A stretch of DNA of 64,000 nucleotides from the NCBI GenBank assembly GCA_013265495.1, contig MU058337.1, positions 2,262,686 to 2,326,685 of the forward strand. Reading direction: 5' to 3'. A program made the translations under genes and the position numbers. Numbering within the stretch: the first letter of the stretch is position 1; each line of letters starts with the position of its first letter. Shown piece by piece: positions 39,216 through 52,880 of this stretch. The stretch comes from Vicugna vicugna. Taxonomy: Eukaryota. The notes beneath the pieces are model-generated. The model searched no databases. It had not been told where the DNA came from and saw only the letters and a list, made by a program, of their open reading frames with translations.

Positions 39216-41789
39216 TCTATGGATAAACATCTCTGCTAATAAATGGAACAGAAGAAATGTTACCAGCTGTCAGGTAGAAGTAGTCCTCACGTGCCAAATT
39301 TTGGTGGAAGTTTTCAGTGTCTGTTGTTAGGAGCTTAATATGGCCCTCCACAGTTCTCAAAAGGAGTTCTCCAACATTCTCCAAAAAACATTGATTTTAA
39401 GGTAATTCAGATTCAAATCCAGGAATTTCCACTTGAAATCTATAAAGCATTAGATCTTGTCAACTCTTCTGACACCCTATCTGGTCATCACTGTACCCAG
39501 GAGAACAACCTACCAACCTACTGAGGTCATCCCATCTCTGCTGCCTAAAAGCTACAATCATGCTGCTCAGCTTCCCCAGGTCACGTTCGTCTATAAAGTA
39601 ACGATAGTGCCCCCTGCCCCAAGAAGGGAAGGCGAGGAGTCAATGAGACCACTCAAGTAAAGAGGTTAATGGCAGATGGCGACGATTTGCTTAATAAATA
39701 TTAGGTATTGTTCATATGAAGATTAGATGAGGAAAGGTAAAGGCCTGTGTCACATAAAAGTGTCCAATAAATGCCACATTCCTCTTTTCTTTCCCTTCTA
39801 GGACACTCTGAACATAAGGGAAATAAGAGATTTCACAGTCCCAAGGAGACCACGGGTCCCTAGTTACTTATAAAACTTAAGCTGTAGTTCTGACTCAAGT
39901 TGTAGCTGTTTTACACAATATAAAATATATTGAGACAGTAATTAGTTATTTACTAAACAATTTTATTTGTACAGATTTTAAATTCTGTCATTAAAAAAAA
40001 ACATAAGACTGAACCACAAAAAGCTTATCATCACCTGTTTTATTCCATATTAGAAAAAGGCTGTAATTTGACTACGGAATAAGGTATGACTGTTCAGTAC
40101 AAAAAAATGTTATTATATTTTAAAGAGTTACATAGTCCATCGTGAAACAGAGATACATCACAGGCAGAATTTTATCAAAAATGCTACGGAAAAAAATGAG
40201 GCGAGGCGGTATAACAAAACCAAACACTGAATACGAATTTTCTTACAAAGAACCTTGTCAAAATGGTCTCATTTGGAAATGCACATCTATTTGACTGTAT
40301 TTGCAAATCATGATATTTTCCCCCTATAATACGGAGTGTAGAAATGCTTTCCTATGCAGGAAGCTTTTGATTCATTTTGCTGAGCTTTAGGAAATACAGC
40401 TTAGCAGCTACCTTGCATGGAAACTCTGAGCTACAGCGCCCACAGCTTCGGCAGGGTCCGCCTCATACAGCGATTCTGATACTTCTACGTACAATTCGTA
40501 CTTACAGCATTCAGCCAGTTACACCCCTGTCATCAAGGTACAGTGCTTAGAGCAGGCTGGCAGGTCACAAAAGTGTGATGGCTGGCACGAGGGCTGAGTA
40601 TGAGACCGCGTGCTTCCTGGTGGGCTTTAAGAAAGGACTGCTCCTTCAGACTCACCTGGGGCAGGGGGAGAGGGTGTCCCATGCCTTCTCTTCCCGTTCC
40701 TCTAAGGCCCGACTGCAGTTCTGCCTGATGGGCATGCAACGCAAACAGCCCCCAGTTCTCCCGAGGAGAGCACAGGAGAGGTTGATGAACACCTTCACAG
40801 ATCTCACCCTTATTTCACTGGGTGGTGAAATTACTCTGATTTTCTCCAAGAACTGAAGTCCCCAAAGCTTCAGGAACACGAAGCCATCCTAGTGTGGGAG
40901 AGCGATGTCTCCAGCCCGCGTTTATGGGTCTCCTAGATCCTCGGTCCTCTGTCTTCCCCTCAGTTCATGATACACAGAGTTGCTGGGTCCAGACTTATAT
41001 CTAAGTCAACTCTCTGACTGGAGGCCTTCATTTGAGGTTTTCCTGCCAAATATACTCCTTTGAGCCTCAGCTTGTGGCCCGTTCACACGTCTGTTTTTCC
41101 GATGGAATCACTGAAAGGGCCTGGCTCTCTCTCATTCATTTATAAGAACCAAAAATTGAGATTTATTACAGAGTATATATACTCAGTCTGTAAACATCAG
41201 TCATCCATCAGTGGCCTGAATGACCATGATAGGGAACTTGCTAAGTTTAATATCAGAATACTGCTGTTCTGCGAGTGTAGAAAGGTAGCATTTTAAAGCT
41301 AAAAACACTGGAACCAGTGAAGAATGGATTCTGTATAGTGGGGTCCATTCAGAATTTTATCACAATGCCCACAGTAATAGCAATTAGAATATTTAAACCC
41401 ATTTAAAAAACTCAAGCACCCACCATTAAAAACCCTGTTAAATTGATAAAATGGAAAACTGGTACTTACTTGTTGAGGATTATGCAGTGTGCTTCATTAT
41501 TAAACACCAGATCATCTTCGCTATAGCATTGTTTCTGTTAAGACCTGCGTATATCAGTTATTCAGGACACTTACAGAACAGTGTGTCCAAATCTGTGTTA
41601 AATGGCAAGTCCATAATTTAGTTAAGTAGACTTGGGAACAGAAATGATCTATTTTTTTATTTTAATAACAAACTTAAAGGGGCATTAAGCAACAAAGTCT
41701 AAATTTTATGAAGCATTTGTACATTTGCAAGATTTCATTAGATTTCTCTGAATTTAAATTCTCTCATCATGATTTTCCGTTTATGACAA

Positions 41790-43160
41790 CATGGGAGTCT
41801 AGGCCCTCTGACTGACCGCTCTGCTCAAAAGAGCCGGAAAGTCATGGCAACTATGTATTTCATAAGCGGATCAGTGCACAAGCAAGAATGAATTTTTATT
41901 TGAAAACTAAGAAGAGAAAGAGGCCTAGAGAGGGAAGTGAATTCTAAAACAGGTTTGACCATGAGGAAGGTTGCCAAAAATATTGTTTAAAACGGTTTTG
42001 CGCAGCTTCCTGGAATTCGCAAAATAGGAGAGAACATCCGGGGACTGAAAAGGCAGCAGCCTTCTTGGAAAAGTGCCTTCCATGCGCGGGAGGTGTCAGC
42101 AGGCTGAGCCCTCAGTGCAGTTGTGAACGGAAGCTAAAATCAGCTCTTTCTCCAGGTGATGGGAAATTAACATCCTGTTCTTAAACTTGATACTGCGTGA
42201 AAGGCGGGCACACGGGCACACGCAGGTGTACACACTCACACACACACACACTCACACACTCACACACTCACACCCCTCCCGTCAGTCCTGGAGAAGCATA
42301 TAAAGCAGGACCTTGCACTTACACTCTTTGCTTGATAAACACATAACAACGTAACACAGAAACCCAGTCTACTTTAATTAGTGGGGCAAAAGCAGTACAA
42401 ATCCTCTGGAGGATTCCGCCTTCATTCCTGAACTCCAGGAATCCCTCCAGAGAAAACGAGCGCTCAGAGTCAAATTTCGCTAAGGAAACAAGAAAGAAAG
42501 AACTGTGAGTGAGGACCTGCAAAAACAAGACGCCACGGCTGAAAACAAAGCCATTAAGCAAATCAGGTATTACTGCAATCACACAGAGAGGAAAAATACA
42601 TACGTACATACGTAAATACATAAATATATACATAAAGTTGATATGTTAAAAAAAAAGACTAGTTTGAAGATACGATCCTGGAAAAAGAAAACATGAAGAA
42701 TACAGAAACACATTTTAAAAAGAACCAAGTGGAACTTCTGGCAGTAAGAAGAACAGATGAAACTGCGTGTAACAGCCAGTGGGGCACTGCCAGGAGACTC
42801 AGGGCACCGACAGAGCTGAAGACACTTCTAGGATGCAGCGCAAACAGGGAAATGGGACATGTGATGGAGAACGTAGCACACACAGAATCAAGGGCGCGAA
42901 GGGTTCACCTGCGTCTCACTGAAGTCCTGAAGCGGAGTGAGAGAACTGTTACGGAGAGTATATCTGAGAACTGATGAATGTCATCAGTATAGTAAGAGAA
43001 CCTGGCAATGTTAAGCAGGATAGTTACAGGAAAAAATTCATATTTTGACACATTATAGTAAAGTTGCAGAACCCCAAAGTAAAAGGACTATTTTAAAAAT
43101 AATCAGTGAGAAAAGATAGATCAATTTCAAGAGAATGACAATTACACCGACAGTGGACCT
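41790..43160 (+). mobile_element. Ancient L1 (L1ME-like) 5' region and ORF1 remnant
   Basis: ORF 42693-42974 has KKNQVELL...RRVHLRLTEV, resembling the L1 ORF1p KKNQxEIL...RRxNIRxIGV motifs; 43050-43158 translates HIIVKLQNPK...FKRMTITPTVD (ORF1p RRM/CTD-like). The 5' boundary is uncertain. Confidence 0.75.
42210..42275. repeat. (CA)n/(CACACT)n microsatellite
   Basis: Seen directly. Confidence 0.9.
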
Positions 43161-46100
43161 GCAGTTTCCTGACCTTCAGCTTGTACCCACATGGAAGGTA
43201 CAAAGGCAGAGTTGTAGCCTCTCCTTGAAGAAATTGCAGATGCACCGTGAGTCTCTACCCCCTGCCCCACCCAGTCACCAGAGAACTCCACCACATTTGT
43301 CCCTGGACCTAAGGGGATACAGAAGAGTGGGATTCACCTCAGAAGGCATTAAGTGTGGGGGGCTGGTTGGCCCACAGTGAGCTGCATCTTGGAAATCACT
43401 GCAATACCGCTGACAACAGGTGAAATTGCACTTTTCTTGTGAATCACGGTTAAGCTCTTGTCCAAAAGGCCCTGGGAACGAGGGGACCTCTACAGACGGA
43501 GATGGTCAAGGCTCAGGGAGGAATCTCAGGAGAGCAGCCAGCATCTATGCATTCAGCCTGGTTGGGAGAATGACACACGGGGGCCACTGGCCATGGGGGG
43601 GGTCTCGTAGAGCCCCCAGGTGTGCCCTGGAGATTCAGCATGAAACGTCCCATTACTTTCAGAGGAAACAACCCAAAGTTGACACGTGGCAAGCCAGTCA
43701 GACCATCAGTGCCCTGGCTGTTCTCTGCACACCACCTCTCACTCCAGTCCTTCAGGAGCCACAGTCTTGTTGGGGTGAGGCAGGGAGGATCAGGGGCTTA
43801 TATGTAAACCAAGAAATGAAAGAGGTTTACTACTTGTTCTTCGGATTGGCCAAACTCGTGAAGAGAATTTAAACAAATATTGATGCTTTGATTCTTGTAG
43901 AATACAGGGAATTGTAGTTAACAAAATGACGTGATTCTTGGGAATAAAAGTGTCTGGAGGACTCTGTTTCTTGGCAGTGAGCAGCTGAATGGGTTCTACT
44001 CTGTGTTTCATTCAGTAGCAGGGGTTGCGGTAGCAGCAGGGGTAGGTGGGTAAGTTGATTTCTGATTGTACCTTTGCTCATTTTCCAGGTTAAATAAATA
44101 TTAAGAAAACTGTTAATTTAATATTGAGTAGTTAAATCAATCTGCAAGGAGTTTATTACATGATAGTTTTGGAAATACAGTTTTAAATATCCATTTAGTC
44201 CACTGAATACCTTCTAGCTTTACTATAAAAAGAATGCTTTGAAAATAATGAGAGCTAAATAAAAATAACTCCATTTCAACTACTTAACCGACTAAATACA
44301 CTCCAGTGCTGGGGAAGGAGGAAGGTGGGAAATGGGGAAATCACAGGCGAGGGCGTCTCACGGAGGTATAGCAAATCCTGTTAGTCCAGGTAATTTCCTT
44401 GGCTGGAAGCAGGACAGGGTCCCTATTGTCTTGTCTGCTTCGGCTGAATTTTTTTATTTATCCTCCATGTCTGTTTCATTTGCAGGTAATTCTATTCCTG
44501 TTCCCACATTTGCCATGCTGGGTCATTTTTGTCTCATGACAAAGTCCCTATAACGTCCACAGTAAATATTTAAAATTCTTATAAGCACGTTTTAGCTATT
44601 TCTGTGCTGAATAGTTCTAGTTCTTGCTGATAGTATCTCACTAAGCTTTCACAAATGTATTTCTCTGCAATGGGGGAGTGTGTTCCTTTGAAATTTGATT
44701 GCCTATGAAGCTTGACACGAGGTTTATTCTCCTTGTGAAATAAGCCATTTAATCTGGAATGCATACACATCCAGCTGAAACTTGAAGGAAATAAGTCATC
44801 TTTGGCTTATGTTTAAGTATCGCACGTTTCTGTTCTAATGCTGGGAGGTTTGCTATCAGGGTTAATTATTAAACATTTATGATCCGTGATGCTCTGCACA
44901 CAGAGTGCACTTCTCGTTCACAAGAGAAAGTCACAAAAGGCATCTCTCGTATTTATCATACTTATCCTGGGAGGTTGGCTTGACAGGTGTTAGATTTCCA
45001 GCATCAGAGCTGGAAAGAGAAATACGTGTTGGTTAAGGGATTCGGTCCAAATCTTCAGTCCATGACAACAAAGCTCTAAAATACTGTATTCAAAGAATAT
45101 TCGAAACGGTCGTGGTGCAAGGAGAGGTCATTTAAATGATCCCCACGAGGGATACAGGTTGCTCCCCAACCAAATGCCATCGGATGGTTAGGGGGTCTCT
45201 TTTGTTCAGCCCGTTTAAGGCACTGGGAGCTTGATTCCTGCCTCTAGCCCAGGGCTTTTCCCAGGACGGCACAAACTGTCTCCTATTTCTGTTTGTTTCT
45301 TCCTCCCTATTTTGTGTTTGTTTTGTTTTGTTTTAAAGAAATAGCCTGAGTCACAATATAGCCATTAGAATTTTTGGTTTTGTACCGTTAAGAGCCCCCA
45401 GAAAATGATTAATAACACGATCGGTGGGAAATTCACCAACAAAATCCTAAAGCTAATAAGTCGGAGAAGGCGGCATGCAAGACAAAAGGCCGCGCCTGGC
45501 TGTAGGTTCAAAAGGAGTGGAGCAGTGGGTGTGCGTATGTTCCGAATGGATCGGCAATTTAAAAAGACATTTAGGCCAGAGTCCTTGAAAGGAAAGAAAA
45601 AGTAAAAATACCGCCTTGTAATTTAGAAATAGGGAGTTCAGTTGTAAACTTACCAGCGGGTGGATGAGCACTGCAGCGTTGGTATGAATCATCACAGCCC
45701 TGATGGTTCTGGGTTGACCTCAGGGAGCCGTTGAGTCAAACGTCCGGCCAGAAGCTGTGTTTCGTTCGGTCATCAAAATGGCGAGCCTTTGGATTAGACC
45801 ACAGAGGCCTCTGCCTTCCGGAGGAAAAGTCGGAGGCAGATAATTGTAGATGAAGGGACGGTTCAAAGGCTACATTAATTAAACAACTAATTGGATATTA
45901 GAAGAATTGTTCCTCTCCTAGAACTTACTTAGGAGTAATTTAGTTTCCCTTCTGTGCTGGTGGGTGTTTTATGAAGCAACATTTTAATCCATGATTAGCC
46001 TCTAAGAGTTCAGACACAGGTTATGGAATTGGATAATATACACTTTTAAGTTTGCTTCAGCCAAGAAATTCTGTGAGATGTTGTGAGCAACTGTATTTTA

Positions 46101-46389
46101 AAAAGAACTGTTATGGAAATCCTATTTTAAAGCAATTGTTTTTCGCTTTCTCAAAAGGAATATGTGCTATATTTTAAAATTTATAATATCATTATCATGA
46201 AAACAAAAATAGAAGAACTTTCCACTAACCCCTTTCCCTTTCATTTTCAAGAATCTTAATCTTAAATTTAAGGCTATGCTTACTTTTTATACATTGTCTT
46301 TATTTTCTATGAAAAAAATAATCTGATTGATCTATTAGTATGTCCACTTTTTATCTTAAAATTCTGTGTGGCTTGTTAGGAAAGAAACA

Positions 46390-46830
46390 CTTTTTTTTAA
46401 ATTAATTAGTTTATTTTTTACATTTTTTTATTGAAGTATAGTCAGTTTATAACATTGCATCAATTTCTGGTGTCCAGCATCGTGTTTTAGTCATACATGT
46501 ACATACGCATATGCCTTTTTATATTTTTTTCATGATATTCTTTTTCATTATATTTCAAGATATTGAATACAGTTCCCTGTGCTATACAGCAGAAACTTGT
46601 TGTTTATCTGTTTTATATATAGCAGTGTGTATCTGCAAATCTCAGACTGTCAATTTATCCCTTCCTGCCTCCTTTCTCCACCCCCTGCCCCGCCCTGCTC
46701 CGCTAACTGTGAGTTTGTTTTCAATGTCTGTGAGTCTGCTTCTGTTTTATAAATAAGTTCATTTGTGCCATTTTCTCGTAGATTCCATGCCATGTAAAAT
46801 TAAAAGTCATTTGATATCACTTATATGGGA
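46390..46830 (-). mobile_element. Cetartiodactyl-type L1 3' end
   Basis: ttttattgaagtatagtcagttta.aac...agttccctgtgctatacagcag...tgtctgtgagtctgcttctgtttt.taaataagttcattt. Confidence 0.92.
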
Positions 46831-48719
46831 TTTCTCTTTCTCTTAAAAGGAGGACTTCTAATTTTACATGGCATGATAATAATAAATGTTTGATGATTCT
46901 AAAATGATAAATAATATGTTGTTATAATACCAGGGAAAGGGATAGGTAGGAAAAAAAACTTTCCATGCTTCTACCAAAACAATTGTAGGAAATTTTTGTC
47001 ACACTACAATTATTCTTCTGTCATGAGAAGTTCCCTGAGACAGAACGGCCACAACTGTTTCATTTTCTAACTTATTCAGCAGTCCGAGGGTGAACGGAGA
47101 GTTTCAGTTCCAGGTTATGGTTATAATTACTAGCTGCAAAAACCCCTGTTGCCTTTTATTAAGTAGTTACAATATTTAATTGAGACTACAGGGTGTCTGC
47201 ACACCGCAGAGCGCCGGGCATGATTATCTGTGCTCATAAAGAAGCACTAAGGGTACCTGTAACAATAAAACAGATTATCAAAAAATTACATTTTTAATTT
47301 CAGGTTTGACTTTAATCTTCTCAGTGATTAAATACATATCTCCACATTTCTCTGAAAATGAGGACATTAAGCTAAAAAAAAAGGACCAGAAAGTGGGGCA
47401 GAAAAGAAAAACTTCGCACTGTAACATAAGGGGATAAGCCTAGGATGCCCTGATAGGTCATACGATGTCTTTTGTAAAAGCTGAAGGAGGACGGAGAGCG
47501 GACGCCCCGGGGGTCAAACACCACCGCCATTCTGGCTGGTCAGCCTCCTCTCCTCGGTGAGCTCGGCGGTGCTCGGATCCTGGGGCAGGGTATCTGGGTG
47601 GCCTTTGTGCCAGCCTTTTGCTCCCACAGCTTTGCTTCTGGAAGAGCACTTATCTCTGTGCCCACCTGGATACTACTAAAAGGAGTGGAACTTGAAAGGA
47701 ACTGGAACTTTCTGAGTGAATCTCTTTGAAAGTTCGTTCGCTTTTCAAGGAAGTCAAAGATATTAGGAACCTGAAAATAAAAGAAAGTTGGCACAATGAA
47801 ACATCACCTGTTACTGGTTCCCTCATGGGAAATGGAGCTCTAGAATTCTAGGGAGAAAATGGCATTACGGTGTCAGGAACTCATCAAATGATTTCTGTAA
47901 ACGCTGATGTGAAGAGTGGAAGGGAAGCTACAGGGAACTCCTGAAATTATTGAAACAGAAATAAAAGGACCCCCCCTGGTGTCTAAGGCAAGTGAAATTA
48001 TTGTTACCATTTAAAAATTGTCTTCCAGTTTATATTTGGAAAGTGCTTTATAATAACTTCTTTTATTATCCATTCCCAGCCTACCTGAGAGGGATGATGA
48101 GAGCAAACATTTTTGTATTATTTTAGTCATTATTTATCTTTATGAACAGCATTCTCACTTTGCTATAATTACAAACATTTACTTCCACGGGGTTGGAAAG
48201 ATCACACTCCGCTGCCTCTGCCAGGTGCCAGTTGTCAATAAAAAGTAGAACCTAGTAGAGCTGCTTTAGTTCTTGGGTCAACATATCCAGTTTTAAGACA
48301 AAAAATAAATTGGTACTTGAGATGTAAATCAGATATTTATCACATACTCAAAAACTGTAATTGTGGGAACTTAGGTTCAGGAAAAGAAAAAAGAGAGAAA
48401 GGATTTGGCCCCCTTCGTGGGAGCTACAATTGCAGGCATAACTGCAAAATTGTAGCCAATGTGCAAATAACCCTACCTGACATTATTGACCTCTTCCTGC
48501 AAGCCAGGGCTTGTGTCTGACATCCTATGAAGAGGATCAACGGGCAGCAGATCTGCAAACATGGAAGCTTGCTGGAAGTGCAGAAACCTCTTCCTGCGAT
48601 GCAGAGAGACAGAACACTTCAATGGGACTTGTGCACACGCTCCGGGACACCAAGATGCACGTGACAGGGCTGTCACCACCCGCCGCCCGCAGTCTGCAGA
48701 GGAATGATTTCAGTTCCGC

Positions 48720-49100
48720 GTAACAGGATTCTCAGTTACCAACAGTAAAAACCATCTCTGGCCATTTTTAGTGAGGATGGATTTAATTGAAAGGATATTG
48801 GGGATTTCCCAAATCTCCAGGAAGGCCAGAGAGAGAGATTCTGCACCTGACAGAGAGACCAGAAGACCAGAAGTAAGAACCAACCGGAACTCAGACTTCA
48901 GGGCAGCGATGGTGCCAGTTCAGCCATTGATGAACCATGGCTGGTGCTCCCACCGGAAACTGCCATCTCCAAGGGGCCTTGGTTGTTTTGCTTCCCTGCT
49001 TTGCTAGCTGGTGGGGCAGCTGACTGACAGACCCTAGGATGCATTTGTAGCCCTACCGGGGCATCCATACTGGGAGCGAGAGGGGTCCCACCCAGGGATG
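48720..49100 (-). mobile_element. Old MLT1(M/N)-like LTR remnant
   Basis: caggattctcagtt.ccaacag..aaacca.ctctggc...atttaattgaaaggatattggg. Confidence 0.45.
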
Positions 49101-50016
49101 CACTGTAGAGATTTTCTTCTTATCAATGAAGACGGTGAGGGAAGCATGAGGGGAGGGTCCTGGGTTTTCTTGACTTCCATGCAAATATGTGCAGCGGCTC
49201 AGGTGAGAGAAAGAGTCTCAGCTGTGATCTGGAGAAGCCCCCACACCAAAGAAAATGGTTTCTCAGGAAAGGAGTTTCGTCTGCTAGCTGTATCCTCCCA
49301 TCACTTCCGTATCCCTGGAAATGTGGTTCCTTACTTCTCACGTGTCTTGCTTCAGAGGCGATTTCCTGCACTGTGTTTTATGATATACGTCTGTCTGGTG
49401 CATCTTTTAGAGGTTCTTCAGCCACGTTCACTGAGCCTCCGGGGGACGGTCTCCTGGGACTTGCGAACTGAGTTTATTCTCCTAAAGTGTCAGCTTTTAA
49501 AGAGGCATTTTTGAAATGAGAACATCCCAAGAGAATTTTTTTTAATCGTAGTAAGAACACTTAGCATGAGATTGAACCTCTCACAAATTACCGTGTGTGC
49601 AATACTGAGAACTCCCCAGTATCGCATATCGTTAGAGTCCTAATGTTTGCATGAGCATTGGATTGATGCTACAGAAATGTGAGCAGTAAGATACTATATT
49701 AAAAAGGGGAAATGTGACAATGGAGTTATTGCAACATTAAAAAAAAAATGTTTTACCCCCAGTGAGGTCCTTGGACCAACCTATTCCAACTTTGAAAGAT
49801 GTATTAATATACCCCAAAATTTTAATATAAGAAAAATAAGGCCATTGCATCTGTGCTACTCCCTACAGGATTAAGAATTTAGTTGATCTAGTTCATTATT
49901 ATAAAATTAATTTTTATCATCTACATCTAAACTTAAAATTATTTTAGGAATTTTCTGGAAATATGATTCATGTGTATTCTTTAAATTAGCTACTTAATGT
50001 CAATTTATCTCTATTT

Positions 50017-50077
50017 AGGAGAAGGAGATGAAGATGGTGGAATAGAAGGGTGTGGAGCTCACCTTGTCCCACAAATA
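50017..50077 (+). mobile_element. Isolated L1 5'-terminus fragment with TSD
   Basis: aagatggtggaatagaagggtgtggagctcaccttgtcccacaaata resembles the L1 5' UTR start (AAGATGGCGG YY1 motif); flanked by AATTTA(T/A)CTCTATTT at 50002-50016 and 50078-50092. Confidence 0.75.
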
Positions 50078-50449
50078 AATTTAACTCTATTTTAGACAAG
50101 ATGATGGCCTTTAATTGGCAGTTTTAATATGAGGCATTCAAATGCTTTGGAACTGTCAAGGGAGGGTTTTTGCTAAAAGAGTAGCAATCTGCTTAATCTC
50201 TCAACAAATGTTATTATTTATGGTGAACAAAATTTAATCACAAAATCCTAGACTTAAAGATATTTCTTCACAATCTGGGGCGAGAAATAACCTAAACTGC
50301 AACCTTTATTTATTTTGGAAGGGTGAGTTTTGCTGCAGAGTAAACCTAGGAATATATTTAACAACAAGAAGAAACCAATTTAAATAGCATGCTGATTCCA
50401 TTCCATTGGAGTATAAATAGTACCTATAATAACAATGACACTGCATTAT

Positions 50450-50660
50450 TTTGTGACATTCCTAAATTTTCAGACCTAGTATATCTGTTTTTCCCTCTAT
50501 ACTATTCCTATGAATTATTCAGGGAACATAATACTTTCATTTTACAAATGGGATAATTGAGAACACGACAAATTACGTAATTTATCTCAGGACACAGAGC
50601 TGGTTAGTGGTAGAGCTATTGCCAGAAACCTCAAGATTCCTTGGGATATTCCTTTTCAAT
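50450..50660 (-). mobile_element. MIR SINE
   Basis: cattttacaaatgggataattgag...caggacacagagctggttagtggtagagct. Confidence 0.7.
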
Positions 50661-51291
50661 TCTGAGATCCCCTGGGAGGTTTCAAGGTGCACGCCTCTCC
50701 CTGGAAGCTCCTGTTGCCGATGGAACTCTCAGGCTTTCTTTGGGAGTTTCTCCTGGTTATAGAGATTGCTTGTTCAGAGCGGTTTTGATAAAGAAGATAA
50801 TGTTAAGGTATTTCCAGATCACCCCTCCATCCTCGGGGCTCCCAGAGCCCTACATGTTATGAGAACACCAAACAAAAGAAGGATCCTTGCCTTCCTCCTG
50901 CTCTGCATCACTCTTCCTTAAAGGAAACCTAATTGTCCGCTGTGTATCATGGGGTGGGATGGGCAGGCTGGGGATGCATCAGGTCCAGGGGTAAAAAGAC
51001 TTAGGTGATTGTTACGGCTCCGTTTTGAAGGCAGGCAGTTTTCGGTGCATGCCCCTGAGCACTTACTGAGCAGCTACTATGTGCTAGTAACCTTTAGACA
51101 GGCTGCATAAATACTTAAACATCTAAAGCAGAGCTTCCCAGACTTCTTCGCATCACGGTGAATGGGGCAGGTGGTTATGTTGGTGCAGTGCCCAGGGATA
51201 AGTGTGTGGATGGGGGCAGCTAGTCTATGAAGAGGGACCACTATTTCTGCACACCCGCAACCAGCGAGGGGCTGTGTTCTGTGTCTACGCC

Positions 51292-51450
51292 CCGATGCTC
51301 ACAAGCGTGGTCTGGGAATCAGCGGCAGGCCCCTTGGGAGGCTGTGAGAAATGGACAGCCTCAGGCCCACCCCAGACCTGATGAACCAAAGTCTGTATTT
51401 TAACAGAAGCCTGCATGATTCTTATGTACGCTGCAGCTGGAGAAACCCTG
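51292..51450. mobile_element. MER5A1-like hAT element
   Basis: gagaaatg...ctcaggcccaccccagacctg.tgaa.caaa.tctg.attttaaca...tgattcttatg.ac. Confidence 0.75.
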
Positions 51451-52489
51451 GTCTAACTGATGTTCTTCAGCCTGCGCTCCTGGGATGCAGGCTGTAGGAA
51501 GTTACCAGGAAACTCCAGTGCTCACCCGAGTTTGAAAAGTAGCGAGGAAATGTTAAAAAATACTAATGCCAGGGTCCCATCCACAGAGACTCTGTTTCGA
51601 TTGGCTTGTGATGTTTTAAGTCCTCCCAGTGGTGTCTTGTGGGAGACAATATTTGGGGGGAAAATGCTCTAAGAGTAAAGCTGTAAGCTAGATGTTATTC
51701 CCATTTTTCTGATGTAGAAACTTTGTGGCACATGCACAAAAAGGACTAGGAAAACTCAATTTGTGAGAGATGGATGTAAATTTTGACCCCCAAACTCACC
51801 CATTCTACCTAGAAAGTGGCCCGGGCTATGATCTTACACAGCTTCTTGAGGATTTTTATAAAATTACTATTAATTCAGTATATGTTTTCTTAAGATATGT
51901 CTCAAAAAGCAAAATGAAATCTATTCCTGGCTAGTATGATAGAACCATAGCCTCTCAAGAAACATGTTAAAAGAGAACAAAAATATTTTATAGAGTAATT
52001 CTTTTTGTGACTATTGTTCTAAAGACTTCAAAATAATTACCTTCCTTACTTATATCACATTTAATTTTAGGATGACTATATTCAAAAGTGTATTCTATTC
52101 ATCCAGGTGCTTATATTTAACGTTACATTATCTCCTGTCTTTCTCATAAATGATCTGTATAAATTATGTAAAAATCATTCCTAAAGATTTGAACTCACCC
52201 TTAGAAAGGCCATTTATATTTTAAACACAGTTTTAAAAACCAATCTCTCGAAGTGCAGTTTCACATGTGAACCAAATTAAAGAGGTTAATCAGGAGAGGA
52301 ACCCTGCATTATATTCACCATTAGAACTTGGGTATTATTTCAAATGCTTCCCTCTTTCAAATCTTAGCAGCTGAACCAATTTTACAGGTCAAACCAGCCA
52401 GCTGGACAGTCCGTGAATGGATACTGACAGGATGGACCCACGGAGAGCTGAGAGGGGGGATCCGTCTCTCTGAGGGACAGGAAAATAAT

Positions 52490-52680
52490 ATTTGAAATTA
52501 GCAAGACGTGGATTTAAATCTTATCCTGGTAGGAAGTCTTGGGCAAATTCCCTAATCTTGCTGAGTATTTGCTACTCGTTTAATAACTAAAGGAAATAAC
52601 ATGTACTGAATTAAGGAGTTAGCCACATATGGAACATGGTGTGTAAAAGCTCCAGCGTATTGTCCCTGATCCTTAGTTCT
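52490..52680 (+). mobile_element. MIR SINE remnant
   Basis: agacgtggatttaaatc...cttgggcaaatt.cctaatct..ctgag..tttg.tac.tc. Confidence 0.55.
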
Positions 52681-52880
52681 TTGAGGGCTAATATGACAGC
52701 ACGACAACTTGGTGTCAAGAATTAAGGTCGCTCAGCAGCCGTGGTGCTCGGCACCCTTCTGGATGTTTATTTACTCCCAGCCACTGAGGCTCCGTGGGGC
52801 CAGGGTGAATTCGCCATTCATATCCAGGTCTACGTGCCTATAAGAACTTTTCCCAGCATCAGAATTCCCAAGTTTTTCTC

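Noticed and set aside
43420..43872. 150-aa plus-strand ORF
   Set aside because: GTG start and no recognisable homology.
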